Below the pieces are notes generated by a model. It worked only from the letters and a program-made list of their open reading frames with translations. It made no database searches and was not told the origin of the DNA. Shown here one piece after another: positions 1 to 8,783 of a stretch of 24,000 bases of DNA; position 1 is the first letter of the stretch; each line of letters starts with the position of its first letter. The stretch is taken from the NCBI RefSeq assembly GCF_001899065.1, contig NZ_MKUZ01000029.1, positions 13,503 to 37,502 on the forward strand, written 5' to 3'. This DNA comes from Devosia sp. 66-22 (GTDB lineage: Bacteria > Pseudomonadota > Alphaproteobacteria > Rhizobiales > Devosiaceae). The position numbers and the translations under genes are program-made.

Positions 1-1443
1 GTAATTGGCCGCGAGGAGATCGAACACGGTCGCGACCAGGGCCTCGCCTGAAGCCAGTTGCAGCCGCTTGACCGGCACGGCGCGGACGAGGACGCTCGCA
101 TGGTCGGTACCTTCGAAATGGTCGTGTTCGCGGTTGCCGAAATAGGGGAACGCCACGTCGGCTACCGTGTCGCGTTCCTCTTCGAGGACCATCGACATCT
201 TGAGCTCGACATCCTTGCCGGCGCCGTCCTTCTGCTCGAGGTTCCATTTGCCGCCCCCGTCCCATCGGTGCCCGGCTGAACCCTGCGGCGTGACCACCCT
301 GCCGGTCTTGCCGTCGATGGCGACGGTCTTCCACTCGGAGTTCTTGTCCTCACCAAGGCTGTCGGCGAAGTCCGACGCCCTCAGTAGCCGCTCCGGCACG
401 AGGTGCCCGTCCTGCTCGACGAGGCGCACCAGCATCGGCATGTCGGTGTAACGACGGCAGTAGTCCTCGAAATACTCTGCCTGCCGGTCGAGATGAAACT
501 CCCTGAGGATCACGTGCCCCATCGCCATCGCCAACGCGGCGTCGGTCCCCTGCTTGGGGTGGAGCCAGACGTCGGCGAACTTGGCCGCCTCGGAATAGTC
601 CGGCGAGACCACTACCGACTTGGCGCCCTTGTAGCGGGCCTCGGTGTAGAAATGCGCGTCCGGGGTGCGGGTCTGGGGCACGTTCGAGCCCCACAGCATC
701 AGGAAACCGGCATTGTACCAGTCAGCCGATTCCGGCACGTCGGTCTGCTCGCCCCAGGTCATGGGCGAGGCTGGCGGCAGGTCGCAGTACCAGTCGTAGA
801 ACGACATGCACACCCCGCCCAGCAGCGACAGGTAACGCGAGCCGGCAGCATACGAGATCATCGACATCGCCGGGATCGGCGAGAAGCCAATCACCCGGTC
901 CGGCCCGTGCTTGCGCACCGTGTAGGCGTTGGCCGCCGCGATGATCTCGTTGACCTCATCCCACCGGGCTCGCACGAAGCCACCATGGCCGCGAACCTTG
1001 GTGTAGTCCCGGCGCTTGGCCGGCGTCTCCACGATCGAGGCCCATGCAGCGACCGGCGCTTTCGTCGCCCGCGCCTCGCGCCAGAGCCTGAGCAGGCGTG
1101 AGCGGATCAGTGGGTGCTTAACCCGGTTGGCTGAATACATGTACCATGAGTAGCTGGCGCCGCGGGCGCACCCACGCGGCTCATGGTTCGGCAAATCGGG
1201 GCGGGTGCGAGGGTAGTCTGTCTGCTGGGTCTCCCAGGTGACGATGCCGCCCTTGACGTAGATCTTCCACGAGCACGACCCCGTGCAGTTCACACCGTGG
1301 GTCGAACGAACGATCTTGTCGTGCTGCCAGCGGCCCCGATACGCCTTCTCCCAAGTGCGGCTCTCGGTAGTGGTGACGCCATGGCCCTCTGCAAAAGTCT
1401 TTGGCTGCGTGAAAAAGTTCAGCCGATCGAGTAGCAGGCTCAT
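1..1443 (-). CDS. narG: Respiratory nitrate reductase alpha subunit NarG, N-terminal 481 codons (continues beyond window start)
   Basis: The minus-strand frame is open from 1443 to position 1. It is absent from the ORF track because it has no stop inside the window. My translation starts MSLLLDRLNFFTQPKTFAEGHGV..RWQHDKIVRSTHGVNCTGSCSWKIYVKGGIVTWETQQTDYPRTRPDLPNHEPRGCARGASYSWY.. and continues ..CDLPPASPMTWGEQTDVPESADWYN... This follows the E. coli NarG N-terminus closely, including the H-x3-C-x3-C FS0 cluster motif. The ATG at 1443-1441 overlaps the narK stop (TGATG). Confidence 0.93.
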   Translation of the reverse strand, partial: MSLLLDRLNFFTQPKTFAEGHGVTTTESRTWEKAYRGRWQHDKIVRSTHGVNCTGSCSWKIYVKGGIVTWETQQTDYPRTRPDLPNHEPRGCARGASYSWYMYSANRVKHPLIRSRLLRLWREARATKAPVAAWASIVETPAKRRDYTKVRGHGGFVRARWDEVNEIIAAANAYTVRKHGPDRVIGFSPIPAMSMISYAAGSRYLSLLGGVCMSFYDWYCDLPPASPMTWGEQTDVPESADWYNAGFLMLWGSNVPQTRTPDAHFYTEARYKGAKSVVVSPDYSEAAKFADVWLHPKQGTDAALAMAMGHVILREFHLDRQAEYFEDYCRRYTDMPMLVRLVEQDGHLVPERLLRASDFADSLGEDKNSEWKTVAIDGKTGRVVTPQGSAGHRWDGGGKWNLEQKDGAGKDVELKMSMVLEEERDTVADVAFPYFGNREHDHFEGTDHASVLVRAVPVKRLQLASGEALVATVFDLLAANY

Positions 1444-4193
1444 CAGACTCTCCGTTCCATACGGCGTGCTTCGCCGATGGCGTCGCCGCCCCGGCTTCTT
1501 TCGATGTCGTGCAGCAGGCCGCCGCGACGTGTGTAGACGAACCAGGTGAGCGCGAGGCAGGTCACGTAGAAGACGAGGAACGCCCATAGCGCCGCCGAGG
1601 CGTCGCCGGTCATCTGGATGGAGGTGCCGTAGGCGCGGGGGATGAAGAACATCCCATAGGCCGCCACTGCCGACGTGAAGCCGATGATCGCCGCCGATTC
1701 CTTGTCGGCCTGCCGAACCCGGTCGGTCGGCGCCAGCTCGGGCATCAGCCGGTCGATCTCCTTGCGCATGATCACTGGGATCATCTGGAAGGTAGAGGCA
1801 TTACCGATGCCGGTGGCGAGGAACAGCACCATGAACATTGCAAAGAACCCCCAGAACGCGCCCGGCTGTTCCTTGATCGCCATGAAGTAGAGTACGCCGC
1901 CCACTGCTGCGATCATCAGGACGAATGTCCAGAAGGTGACCCGCGCGCCGCCCCAGCGGTCCGAGATCCAACCCGTTCCGGCGCGTGCGAGCGCCCCGAC
2001 CAGCGGTCCGAGGAAAACGTACTGAAGCGAGTTCACCTCGGGGAAGGCGATCTTGGCGAGCAGCGGGAACCCGGCCGAGTAGCCGATGAAGGAGCCGAAC
2101 GTGCCGGTATAGAGCCAGCACATCAGCCAGTTGTGGGCCCGGCCGAAGATCACCGCCTGGTCCTTAAGCGAGGCCTTGGCCGAGGCGATGTCGTGCATCC
2201 CGAACCAGGCGGCAAGCGCCGAAATGATGAGGAACGGCACCCAGATGAAGCCGGCGTTCTGCAGCCACAGCCGGGTCGTCTCGTTCACCGCCTGCGGCTC
2301 GCCGCCGATTGCGCCGAACACCCCGATCGTGATCACCAGCGGCACGAGGAACTGCATCACGCTGACGCCGAGGTTCCCGAGACCGGCGTTGAGGGCCAGC
2401 GCGTTGCCCTTCTCGCGCTTGGGAAAGAAGAAGCTGATGTTGGACATCGAGGAGGCGAAGTTGCCGCCGCCGAAACCGCAGAGCAGCGCGAGTACCAGGA
2501 AGATCAGATACGGAGTGTCCGGGCTCTGAACCGCGTAGCCGATGCCCATCGCGGGGATGATCAGCGAGGCGGTGGTCAGCGTGGTCCACAGGCGCCCGCC
2601 GAAGATCGGAACCATGAACGAGTAGAATATTCTGAGCGTCGCGCCGGAGAGGCCCGGCAGCGCCGCCAGCCAGAACAACTCGTCGGTCGTGAACTTGAAC
2701 CCGACACTCGGCAGCTTGGCGATGACCACGCTCCACACCATCCAAACCGCGAAGGCCAAGAGCAGATTGGGGATAGAGATCCACAGATTCCGGGCAGCGA
2801 TCTTCTTGCCCTTCGCTTGCCAGAAGGCAGGGTCTTCCGGCCGCCAGTCCTCGAGCACTTTCGGCCCGGTGGCGGCCAACTCTCCCCTATGCAGTGGCTG
2901 CATCTCCGGCAGCTGCGGCAGCTTGGCGAGAGCTTCCTGCGATGCCCCCTTCTCCATCGCGCGGATCGAGAAGTGCATCCACAGCAGCGATACCATCACC
3001 ACTCCGAACAGAAGCATGAAGCTGCTGGTCCACAGGCCCGTCACGTCCAGCAGCACCCCGAAAGCGATCGGCAGAATGAACCCGCCCAGCCCGCCGATCA
3101 TGCCGACGAGACCGCCTACCGCCCCGACACTGCCCGGATAGTAGACTGGAATGTGCTTGTAGACCGCCGCCTTACCGAGCGACATGAAGAAACCAAGCAC
3201 GAACACGACCATGACGAACGGTATGAGGTCCATCTGGGTGGAGAAGGCGATCGCGCCGTGCACCCCGTGGATGACGTAGTCGGTCTGGGGATAGGCGAGC
3301 ATGAAGGTGCACACGGCGGCGACGCCGAACGTGACATACATCACCGCCCGAGCACCGTAACGGTCCGACAAGTACCCACCGTAGACGCGGAACAGGCTGG
3401 CTGGGATGGAGAAGGCGGCGGCGAGCAGCCCCGCCATTTTGATGTCGAGGCCGTACACGCCCATCAGGTAGCGCGGCAGCCACAGCGAGAGCGCCACGAA
3501 AGCACCGAAGACGAAGAAGTAGTAGAGCGAGAAGCGCCAGACCTGGATATTCTTGAGCGGCTCGAGCTGCAGCAGCGTGCCTTTGGCCTTGATCCCCTTG
3601 GTCCGGCGTTCGACCAAATCCGGATCGTCCCTGGTGGTGAACCAGAAGATCACCGCGGTGACTACCAGGGCTCCCGCCCATATCTGCGCAACCATTGGCC
3701 AGCCAAAGGCGACCATGACGAAAGGGGCAGCCAGCTTGGTGACCGCAGCTCCGACATTGCCCGCGCCGAAAATGCCTAGTGCCGTGCCCTGCTGGCTGGT
3801 CGGATACCATTTGGAGACATAGGCGACGCCCACGGCGAAGGATCCGCCGGCGAGCCCCAACCCCAGCGCCGCGAGGAGCACCATCTCGTAGCTCGTCGCA
3901 TATGAAAGGAGCCAGGTCGCGACGGCTGCGAGGAGCATGGTGAGCACGAAGACGACACGCCCGCCGACTTGGTCGGTCCAGATGCCAAGCAATACGCGAA
4001 CCAGCGACCCCGTCAGGATGGGAGTGCCAACGAGCAAACCGAGTTGCGCGTCGCTCAACCCCAGGTCAGCCTGGATCTTGACCCCGATGATTGAAAAAAT
4101 CGTCCACACCGCGAAGCACACGGTGAAGGCGAAAGTGCTCATTCCCAGAGCTGTGTTCTGCTGTGCTTTGGTGGCACCTGCCGGTACGGCCAT
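1443..4193 (-). CDS. narK: Fused two-module MFS nitrate/nitrite transporter (NarK1-like N-half, NarK2-like C-half, 916 aa)
   Basis: 916-aa ORF. The C-terminal half, from about residue 446 (..LEDWRPEDPAFWQAKGKKIAARNLWISIPNLLLAFAVWMVWS..), aligns by eye along its length with E. coli NarK. The N-terminal half is a second 12-TM MFS module. A GAGGGGGG Shine-Dalgarno sequence precedes the ATG at 4193. The gene lies immediately upstream of narG and is coupled to it. The same fused architecture is known for Paracoccus NarK. Confidence 0.92.
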   Translation of the reverse strand: MAVPAGATKAQQNTALGMSTFAFTVCFAVWTIFSIIGVKIQADLGLSDAQLGLLVGTPILTGSLVRVLLGIWTDQVGGRVVFVLTMLLAAVATWLLSYATSYEMVLLAALGLGLAGGSFAVGVAYVSKWYPTSQQGTALGIFGAGNVGAAVTKLAAPFVMVAFGWPMVAQIWAGALVVTAVIFWFTTRDDPDLVERRTKGIKAKGTLLQLEPLKNIQVWRFSLYYFFVFGAFVALSLWLPRYLMGVYGLDIKMAGLLAAAFSIPASLFRVYGGYLSDRYGARAVMYVTFGVAAVCTFMLAYPQTDYVIHGVHGAIAFSTQMDLIPFVMVVFVLGFFMSLGKAAVYKHIPVYYPGSVGAVGGLVGMIGGLGGFILPIAFGVLLDVTGLWTSSFMLLFGVVMVSLLWMHFSIRAMEKGASQEALAKLPQLPEMQPLHRGELAATGPKVLEDWRPEDPAFWQAKGKKIAARNLWISIPNLLLAFAVWMVWSVVIAKLPSVGFKFTTDELFWLAALPGLSGATLRIFYSFMVPIFGGRLWTTLTTASLIIPAMGIGYAVQSPDTPYLIFLVLALLCGFGGGNFASSMSNISFFFPKREKGNALALNAGLGNLGVSVMQFLVPLVITIGVFGAIGGEPQAVNETTRLWLQNAGFIWVPFLIISALAAWFGMHDIASAKASLKDQAVIFGRAHNWLMCWLYTGTFGSFIGYSAGFPLLAKIAFPEVNSLQYVFLGPLVGALARAGTGWISDRWGGARVTFWTFVLMIAAVGGVLYFMAIKEQPGAFWGFFAMFMVLFLATGIGNASTFQMIPVIMRKEIDRLMPELAPTDRVRQADKESAAIIGFTSAVAAYGMFFIPRAYGTSIQMTGDASAALWAFLVFYVTCLALTWFVYTRRGGLLHDIERSRGGDAIGEARRMERRV

Positions 4194-4268
4194 TCACGTC
4201 CCCCTCGACAAACGCATTCAGCCGTAAAGCCGCCCGATAGACCCTAGGGACGAGCGAGACGTGCGACG

Positions 4269-4282
4269 TTGATCCAGATCAA
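4269..4282. promoter_or_regulatory. FNR/NarR/ANR-type binding site, TTGATCCAGATCAA
   Basis: Perfect match to the CRP/FNR-family consensus TTGAT-N4-ATCAA. It is centred about 82 nt upstream of the narK ATG, in the expected place for anaerobic activation of a nar operon. Confidence 0.7.
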
Positions 4283-4615
4283 TGAAGCGGCGTCGGGCGC
4301 CACTTAGGGCTGCGACATTTCCGCCGTGGGCGTTGGCGTCGGCGCAGCGTCGAGACGAATCCCGTGTCGCATCGTAGGACCGGCCCCCACTGAGCGAGGT
4401 CCTCCGCTTGCTCGCCGGCGGGTCAATCAGCGAGCCTGTCGATCTCGACCTGCGTGCGGAGCAGTTCCGATCCGTGGTCGCCTCATCGCGGGCTTTTACG
4501 ACGCTCAACCCGGGTTTCTCCATGGCGGCGATTTAGGGCCGCCGGACTCTCGAGAGGATGCTTATCCTCGACGGCGGGACCCCGGGCTCCCACAGCCTGG
4601 CAGTGCAGGCGATCG

Positions 4616-4637
4616 TTCGGCGGTAGGCACCGCCGAA
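4616..4637. terminator. GC-rich hairpin (9-bp perfect stem TTCGGCGGT/ACCGCCGAA, loop AGGC); possible terminator or insulator between the cytochrome gene and the narK promoter
   Basis: The perfect inverted repeat was read directly from the sequence. No convincing U-tract follows on either strand (only TT on the plus strand), so function and orientation are uncertain. Confidence 0.25.
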
Positions 4638-4957
4638 TTGATGGCGTCTTGCAGCTCCAAGAGCACCTAGCCATAGCACGCTCCAAGCTGGCCTACCGCA
4701 AGGGTTCGCTGGGCCGGGAGAACTCCGCGATGAACCTGACGCGGTCGATGCAGTTGCCCACCTCGCCAAGCCCGCACCCCTCATCGACGGCATCGACCAT
4801 GTTCGCCCCCGTTCCGGCGCCTGACACCCGCCGTGTGGCGGCGAATTTGGTCCGAGGCAGGGTGTTGCGCCATGGCCCCGACATCATCGTGGCGCAGGCC
4901 GGAAGAGCTTGGGGCGGATGTTGCTCAGCGCATTTCGACGCGACGTCATCGCCAGTC

Positions 4958-5410
4958 CTATTCACCAAAGCGATAGGCGGCGTGGCATCCAGTACAAACC
5001 ATCAGATGATCCGAGAGCATTCCCGTCAATTCCTGCGGTGTCGCGCCCGCCTCCGCCGCAGTCGCGATGAGGTCGAACCCTGTGTGCGCGTTTAGGCCGG
5101 CCTCCTTGAATGCGAATGGCAGTTTGGCAAGTAGGGCCAGCGACTCCCCCTCCATTGCCGCAGTGCCGACTGGTCGGGCAATCTCCGCTACGGCGGCGTT
5201 ATCGCCGCGGGCCAGCGCCCCTGTGATGTCGGCGGTTGCTTGAAGTAAGCCGCGCATTTCGGCGAGCACCTCGTCCCGCTCCGCCGATGTCAACAGCACG
5301 ACATCGCGCCCGTCGCTTCCCTCGGTCGTGTAACCGCTGAAGAAATAATAGGCCGCGGCTGACACGGTAGCGACCCAGACAACCAAGGCGACGACAGCAG
5401 TTCGAGACAT
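4958..5410 (-). CDS. Class II c-type cytochrome (cytochrome c'/c-556-like), exported
   Basis: Single heme motif CTGCH seven residues from the C-terminus (..MVCTGCHAAYRFGE*), which is the class II / cytochrome c' arrangement. The N-terminus has a hydrophobic signal segment with a VSA-A cleavage-like site. I prefer the start at 5410 (GGAGA 7 nt upstream) over the track's 5440. Confidence 0.55.
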   Translation of the reverse strand: MSRTAVVALVVWVATVSAAAYYFFSGYTTEGSDGRDVVLLTSAERDEVLAEMRGLLQATADITGALARGDNAAVAEIARPVGTAAMEGESLALLAKLPFAFKEAGLNAHTGFDLIATAAEAGATPQELTGMLSDHLMVCTGCHAAYRFGE

Positions 5411-5523
5411 GTGGCGTTCTCCATAGACGCTTGAGGCCATGCAAGGAACGAGTTCGATGGCTTGACCTCGGCAATCAGCGTAAGTATGTAATTACTCACT
5501 AACATGTCAAGCGAGCGAATTGC

Positions 5524-5982
5524 ATGCAAAATGCCCGGAGCGCGGTCCCGTCGAGCCCCAACGATACGCAGCCAGTCAAGTCGCCGGTCGGTCCGCGGTG
5601 GACGAGTGTAGCGGCAATAGCCGCTGCCGTGTTCGGCGTAGCCACCATAGTTTCTGGCGCGGGCACGCTATTCGGACCGCAGGAAGTAAGGGCCGCGGCA
5701 GGAGCGGTGGTCCAGTTTGTGTTGTGGTTCAACTTCCTTGCCGGGTTCGCCTACCTTGTCGGGGCCTATGCCCTGTATCGAAGACGGCGTTGGGCGCTCG
5801 GCGCCGCCGCAGCCATCGCAGGCACCACAGCCATCGTGGCGATCGCGTTCACTGTCTACACCGTCTCCGGAGGGGCCTTCAGTTGGCGAACGCCCGGAGC
5901 CTTGTTGCTGCGCTTCGGATTCTGGATGGCGATCGCCTGGGGATTGTTCCGCAGCACACAGCCGACGGATCGTGATGCGTAA
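5524..5982 (+). CDS. Small integral membrane protein (about 4 TM), unknown function; first gene of the TetR-RND operon
   Basis: 152-aa ORF with four hydrophobic segments and high third-position GC. Its stop overlaps the TetR start by 8 nt. No family was recognised. The start codon is uncertain because the ATG lies inside the TTGCATGCAA palindrome. Confidence 0.5.
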   Translation: MQNARSAVPSSPNDTQPVKSPVGPRWTSVAAIAAAVFGVATIVSGAGTLFGPQEVRAAAGAVVQFVLWFNFLAGFAYLVGAYALYRRRRWALGAAAAIAGTTAIVAIAFTVYTVSGGAFSWRTPGALLLRFGFWMAIAWGLFRSTQPTDRDA

Positions 5983-6604
5983 GCCCTCCCCCGAGCGCAA
6001 GGCCGAGATCGTCGAGACAGCCATCGGCCTCGCCGATCAGGTCGGACCAGACAGAATCACCACCGAGATGATCGCCAAAGCGATCGGAGTCACTCAGGCT
6101 ACCGTGTTCCGTCACTTTCCCAAGAAGGGCGACATCTGGAACAGCGTCGCCATTCATCTGACGGAGAAGATGCGCGAATCTTGGGAGAAGTCCGGCCCCA
6201 CCGAGGGCGACGCGGTCGCGCGGCTCGAGACGGCCGTCCTCGGTCACTTCCAGCTGATCACCAGGATGCCGGCCCTGCCTGCTATCCTGGTGTCGCGTGA
6301 GCTCCACGGCGACAACGCCCCGCTGCGCAAGACCCTGCTGATGACGATGGGGAGCTTTCATCAGCGTATCACTGATCTGATCGCGGAAGCGGTCGCGACC
6401 GGGACTTTTCGGGAAGATCTGGTGGCGAGTGACGGTGCGCTGCTGATCATCGGCATGGTCCAGAGCTTGGCGATGCGCTGGTCGATCGGTGGAAGGAGCG
6501 AGGACCTGGTGGCATCAGGGGAACGGCTCTTGGCGGTTCAGATCGCTGGTTTTCTCGCCCCCCGGCGCTCAGCCGGAGGAGTTGAGGTGGGAGCCGGTAC
6601 ATGA
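5975..6604 (+). CDS. TetR/AcrR-family transcriptional regulator
   Basis: From the internal ATG at 5975 the protein reads MRKPSPERKAEIVETAIGLADQVGPDRITTEMIAKAIGVTQATVFRHFPKKGDIW.., a typical TetR N-terminal HTH. The track's upstream extension from 5717 is Pro/Ser/Cys-rich and overlaps the previous gene. The stop overlaps the next ATG (ATGA). Confidence 0.88.
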   Translation: MRKPSPERKAEIVETAIGLADQVGPDRITTEMIAKAIGVTQATVFRHFPKKGDIWNSVAIHLTEKMRESWEKSGPTEGDAVARLETAVLGHFQLITRMPALPAILVSRELHGDNAPLRKTLLMTMGSFHQRITDLIAEAVATGTFREDLVASDGALLIIGMVQSLAMRWSIGGRSEDLVASGERLLAVQIAGFLAPRRSAGGVEVGAGT

Positions 6605-7704
6605 CGCGAGGTTTGAAGCGATCGGCCCAACTGAGCGTAGCGGCTCTGGCCCTGGTAGGCCTCACTGCGTGCCAGCAACCGGAAGCTGCGATCGAGGAGT
6701 CGCCGCGCTTGGTTCGCGTCATCACCGTGGCGGTTCGCGATCACACCACGAGCGCTTCTCTGACCGGCGAAGTTCAAGCGCTGACGAAAATCGACCTCGC
6801 GTTTCGGGTTGCGGGGCAAATCAGCGAGCTCAACGTCACCGTCGGCCAGCACGTGACCGCCGGTCAGATCCTGGCACACATCGACTCCGAAGCGCAGCAG
6901 GCCGACCTCGAGCTTGCAAAGGCAAGCGTTCAGGCCGCCGAGGCGGCCCTCGAACAGGCCTCAGCGGCGCTGGCCCGCCAACAGGCGCTGCTGGCGAGCG
7001 GACTGGTAACACGAAGCAAATACGATCAGGCGGAACAAGACCGCCGCACCGCCGAGAGCTCATTAGTAGCGGCTCAAGCCATGCACCAGGCGGCCCTGAA
7101 TGCGCTTTCCTACACGGAGCTTTTGGCCGACGGCGACGGCATCGTAACGCGCATCAATCGCGACAAGGGTGAAATCGCGGCATCGGCGCAACCGGTCATC
7201 TCTATCGCACATGACGGTCCGCGCGACGCCGTTTTCAACGTGCACGAGTCGCTGCTCTTTGCCGACGCCGAAGAGCTCCAGGCTGTACCGGTGGACATCG
7301 CGCTGGTCGCGGACGACAGTGTCCGAGCCATCGGCACCATACGGGAAGTCGCGCCAACGGTAGATCCTCGGTCGGGCACGGTTCGCGTCCGCGTCGCCCT
7401 GGAGAACGCCCCGCCCGCAATGAAGCTCGGCTCGCTCGTGACGGGAAGCGTAACTATGCCGATCTCGCACGCAATCGTGATCCCATGGAGCGCGATCACA
7501 CTGGACCAGGGGCGGCCGGCTGTCTGGCTGGTGGAGCCCGAGGCACTGACAGCTACCGTGCGGCACGTCGAAATCAAGCAATACACTACGCCGGGCATTG
7601 TCCTTGCGGGCGGTCTGAAGGCGGGTGACTTGCTCGTCGTTGAAGGTGGTCAGTTTCTCTATGAAGGCAAGCCGGTCCGCATCGCCAGCGGAGACCCGGC
7701 ATGA
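6601..7704 (+). CDS. RND efflux periplasmic adaptor (membrane fusion protein) lipoprotein, copy 1
   Basis: Lipobox LVGLTAC. Biotinyl/lipoyl-like motif ..IDLAFRVAGQISELNVTVGQHVTAGQILAHID.., followed by a coiled-coil hairpin (AQQADLELAKASVQAAEAALEQA..) and beta-barrel segments typical of HlyD/AcrA-family adaptors. Confidence 0.88.
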   Translation: MTRGLKRSAQLSVAALALVGLTACQQPEAAIEESPRLVRVITVAVRDHTTSASLTGEVQALTKIDLAFRVAGQISELNVTVGQHVTAGQILAHIDSEAQQADLELAKASVQAAEAALEQASAALARQQALLASGLVTRSKYDQAEQDRRTAESSLVAAQAMHQAALNALSYTELLADGDGIVTRINRDKGEIAASAQPVISIAHDGPRDAVFNVHESLLFADAEELQAVPVDIALVADDSVRAIGTIREVAPTVDPRSGTVRVRVALENAPPAMKLGSLVTGSVTMPISHAIVIPWSAITLDQGRPAVWLVEPEALTATVRHVEIKQYTTPGIVLAGGLKAGDLLVVEGGQFLYEGKPVRIASGDPA

Positions 7705-8783
7705 TGTGGAAATCAGTACCCACCGCCGTGCTGGCACTGTCGCTGCTGTCGCTGGCCGCCTGCCAGCGGCCCGAGGCGCAACCACCGGCCGACCCGGTGC
7801 GGCCGGTCCTGTCAATGTTGGTGCAGGCCCAATCCAGCCCCCGGCTGCGCCTCGCAGGGACAATTGCGTCGCAGGTCCAAGCCGATCTGGGATTTCGGTT
7901 GGCGGGCAGGCTGGCGACGCGTAGCATCGATGTCGGCGATTACGTCACCGCCGGACAGGTTGTCGCCGAACTCGACCCCTCTAGCCTAGAATTGGCTCGT
8001 CGGGCCGCTGGGGCGGACCTGAATTCTGCCAAGGCGCAACTCGAGAATGCGCAAGGCCTCGAACAGCGCCAGCGCGAACTATTCGAGAGCGGTACGACCA
8101 CCCAGGCAAGTCTCGAGCTGGCTGAGCTGCGACTCAAGCTGACACAAGCAACCCTCGCGCGAGCTGAAAGCAGTCTGCATAAGGCCCAGGACCAACTCGG
8201 ATATGCGCAGTTGCGCGCCGAATTCGACGGGGTCGTAACCGCAGTCTACCTGGACCCTGGCAGTGATCTCATGCCAGGTCAGCCCATTCTCACCATTGCA
8301 AGGCCGGAGCTGCGCGACGCCATCGTCGACGTACCAGAAGGCGTCGCCGGGACGCTTGCCGACCATGCCGTCTTTGACGTCCTGTTGCAGCTCGACCCGT
8401 CCATCATCGCGCAAGGAACCTTGCGCGAAATCGCACCGGAAGCCGACCAGGCAACACGGACGCGGCGCATCAAGATCGGCCTACTGAACCCGCCCCCAGC
8501 TTTTCGCATCGGCACGACCGTCACGGTTCAGACCTCGATCGGCGGCGAAGCGAAGATCGAAATCCCCCTGAGCGCAATCCGAGTCATCGACGGGCGCAGC
8601 TACGTGTGGGTGATCGATGGGGATACAAACACTGTGTCCCAGGACGAAATCACGATCGACCGTCACAGCGGCGACGTAGCCGTCGTCAGCGAGGGTCTTG
8701 CCGCCGGCACACGTATCGCTGTCGCGGGTGCAAACAGCCTCGTCGAGGGACAAGAGGTCCTCGTCATGAGGGAAGACCAATGA
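7701..8783 (+). CDS. RND efflux periplasmic adaptor lipoprotein, copy 2 (paralog)
   Basis: Lipobox LSLAAC. Motifs are parallel to copy 1 (..ADLGFRLAGRLATRSIDVGDYVTAGQVVAELD.., with a coiled coil). ATGA overlaps link it to both neighbours. Confidence 0.88.
   Translation: MMWKSVPTAVLALSLLSLAACQRPEAQPPADPVRPVLSMLVQAQSSPRLRLAGTIASQVQADLGFRLAGRLATRSIDVGDYVTAGQVVAELDPSSLELARRAAGADLNSAKAQLENAQGLEQRQRELFESGTTTQASLELAELRLKLTQATLARAESSLHKAQDQLGYAQLRAEFDGVVTAVYLDPGSDLMPGQPILTIARPELRDAIVDVPEGVAGTLADHAVFDVLLQLDPSIIAQGTLREIAPEADQATRTRRIKIGLLNPPPAFRIGTTVTVQTSIGGEAKIEIPLSAIRVIDGRSYVWVIDGDTNTVSQDEITIDRHSGDVAVVSEGLAAGTRIAVAGANSLVEGQEVLVMREDQ

Noticed and set aside
403-1101. 232-aa plus-strand ORF and neighbouring ORFs in 58-1549
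   Set aside because: They lie opposite the unmistakable NarG reading frame. The ORF track missed that frame because it is open to the window edge.
2133-3779. 548-aa plus-strand ORF, along with other long ORFs at 2164-2784(-), 3172-3810(-) and 2131-2529(+) inside narK
   Set aside because: They are antisense or off-frame shadows of the narK coding frame in high-GC DNA. Their translations are Arg/Glu/His/Asp/Pro-rich with no recognisable domain, whereas the 916-aa minus frame is a clear MFS transporter.
5461-5477. TTGACCTCGGCAATCA upstream of the cytochrome gene as an FNR/CRP-type site
   Set aside because: The half-site spacing is 7 rather than 4 and the left half is imperfect.
8606-8779. Upstream extension of the RND pump ORF
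   Set aside because: The translation is Arg-rich and implausible, and it overlaps the adaptor-2 coding frame. The ATG at 8780 gives the canonical AcrB-family start and an ATGA coupling.
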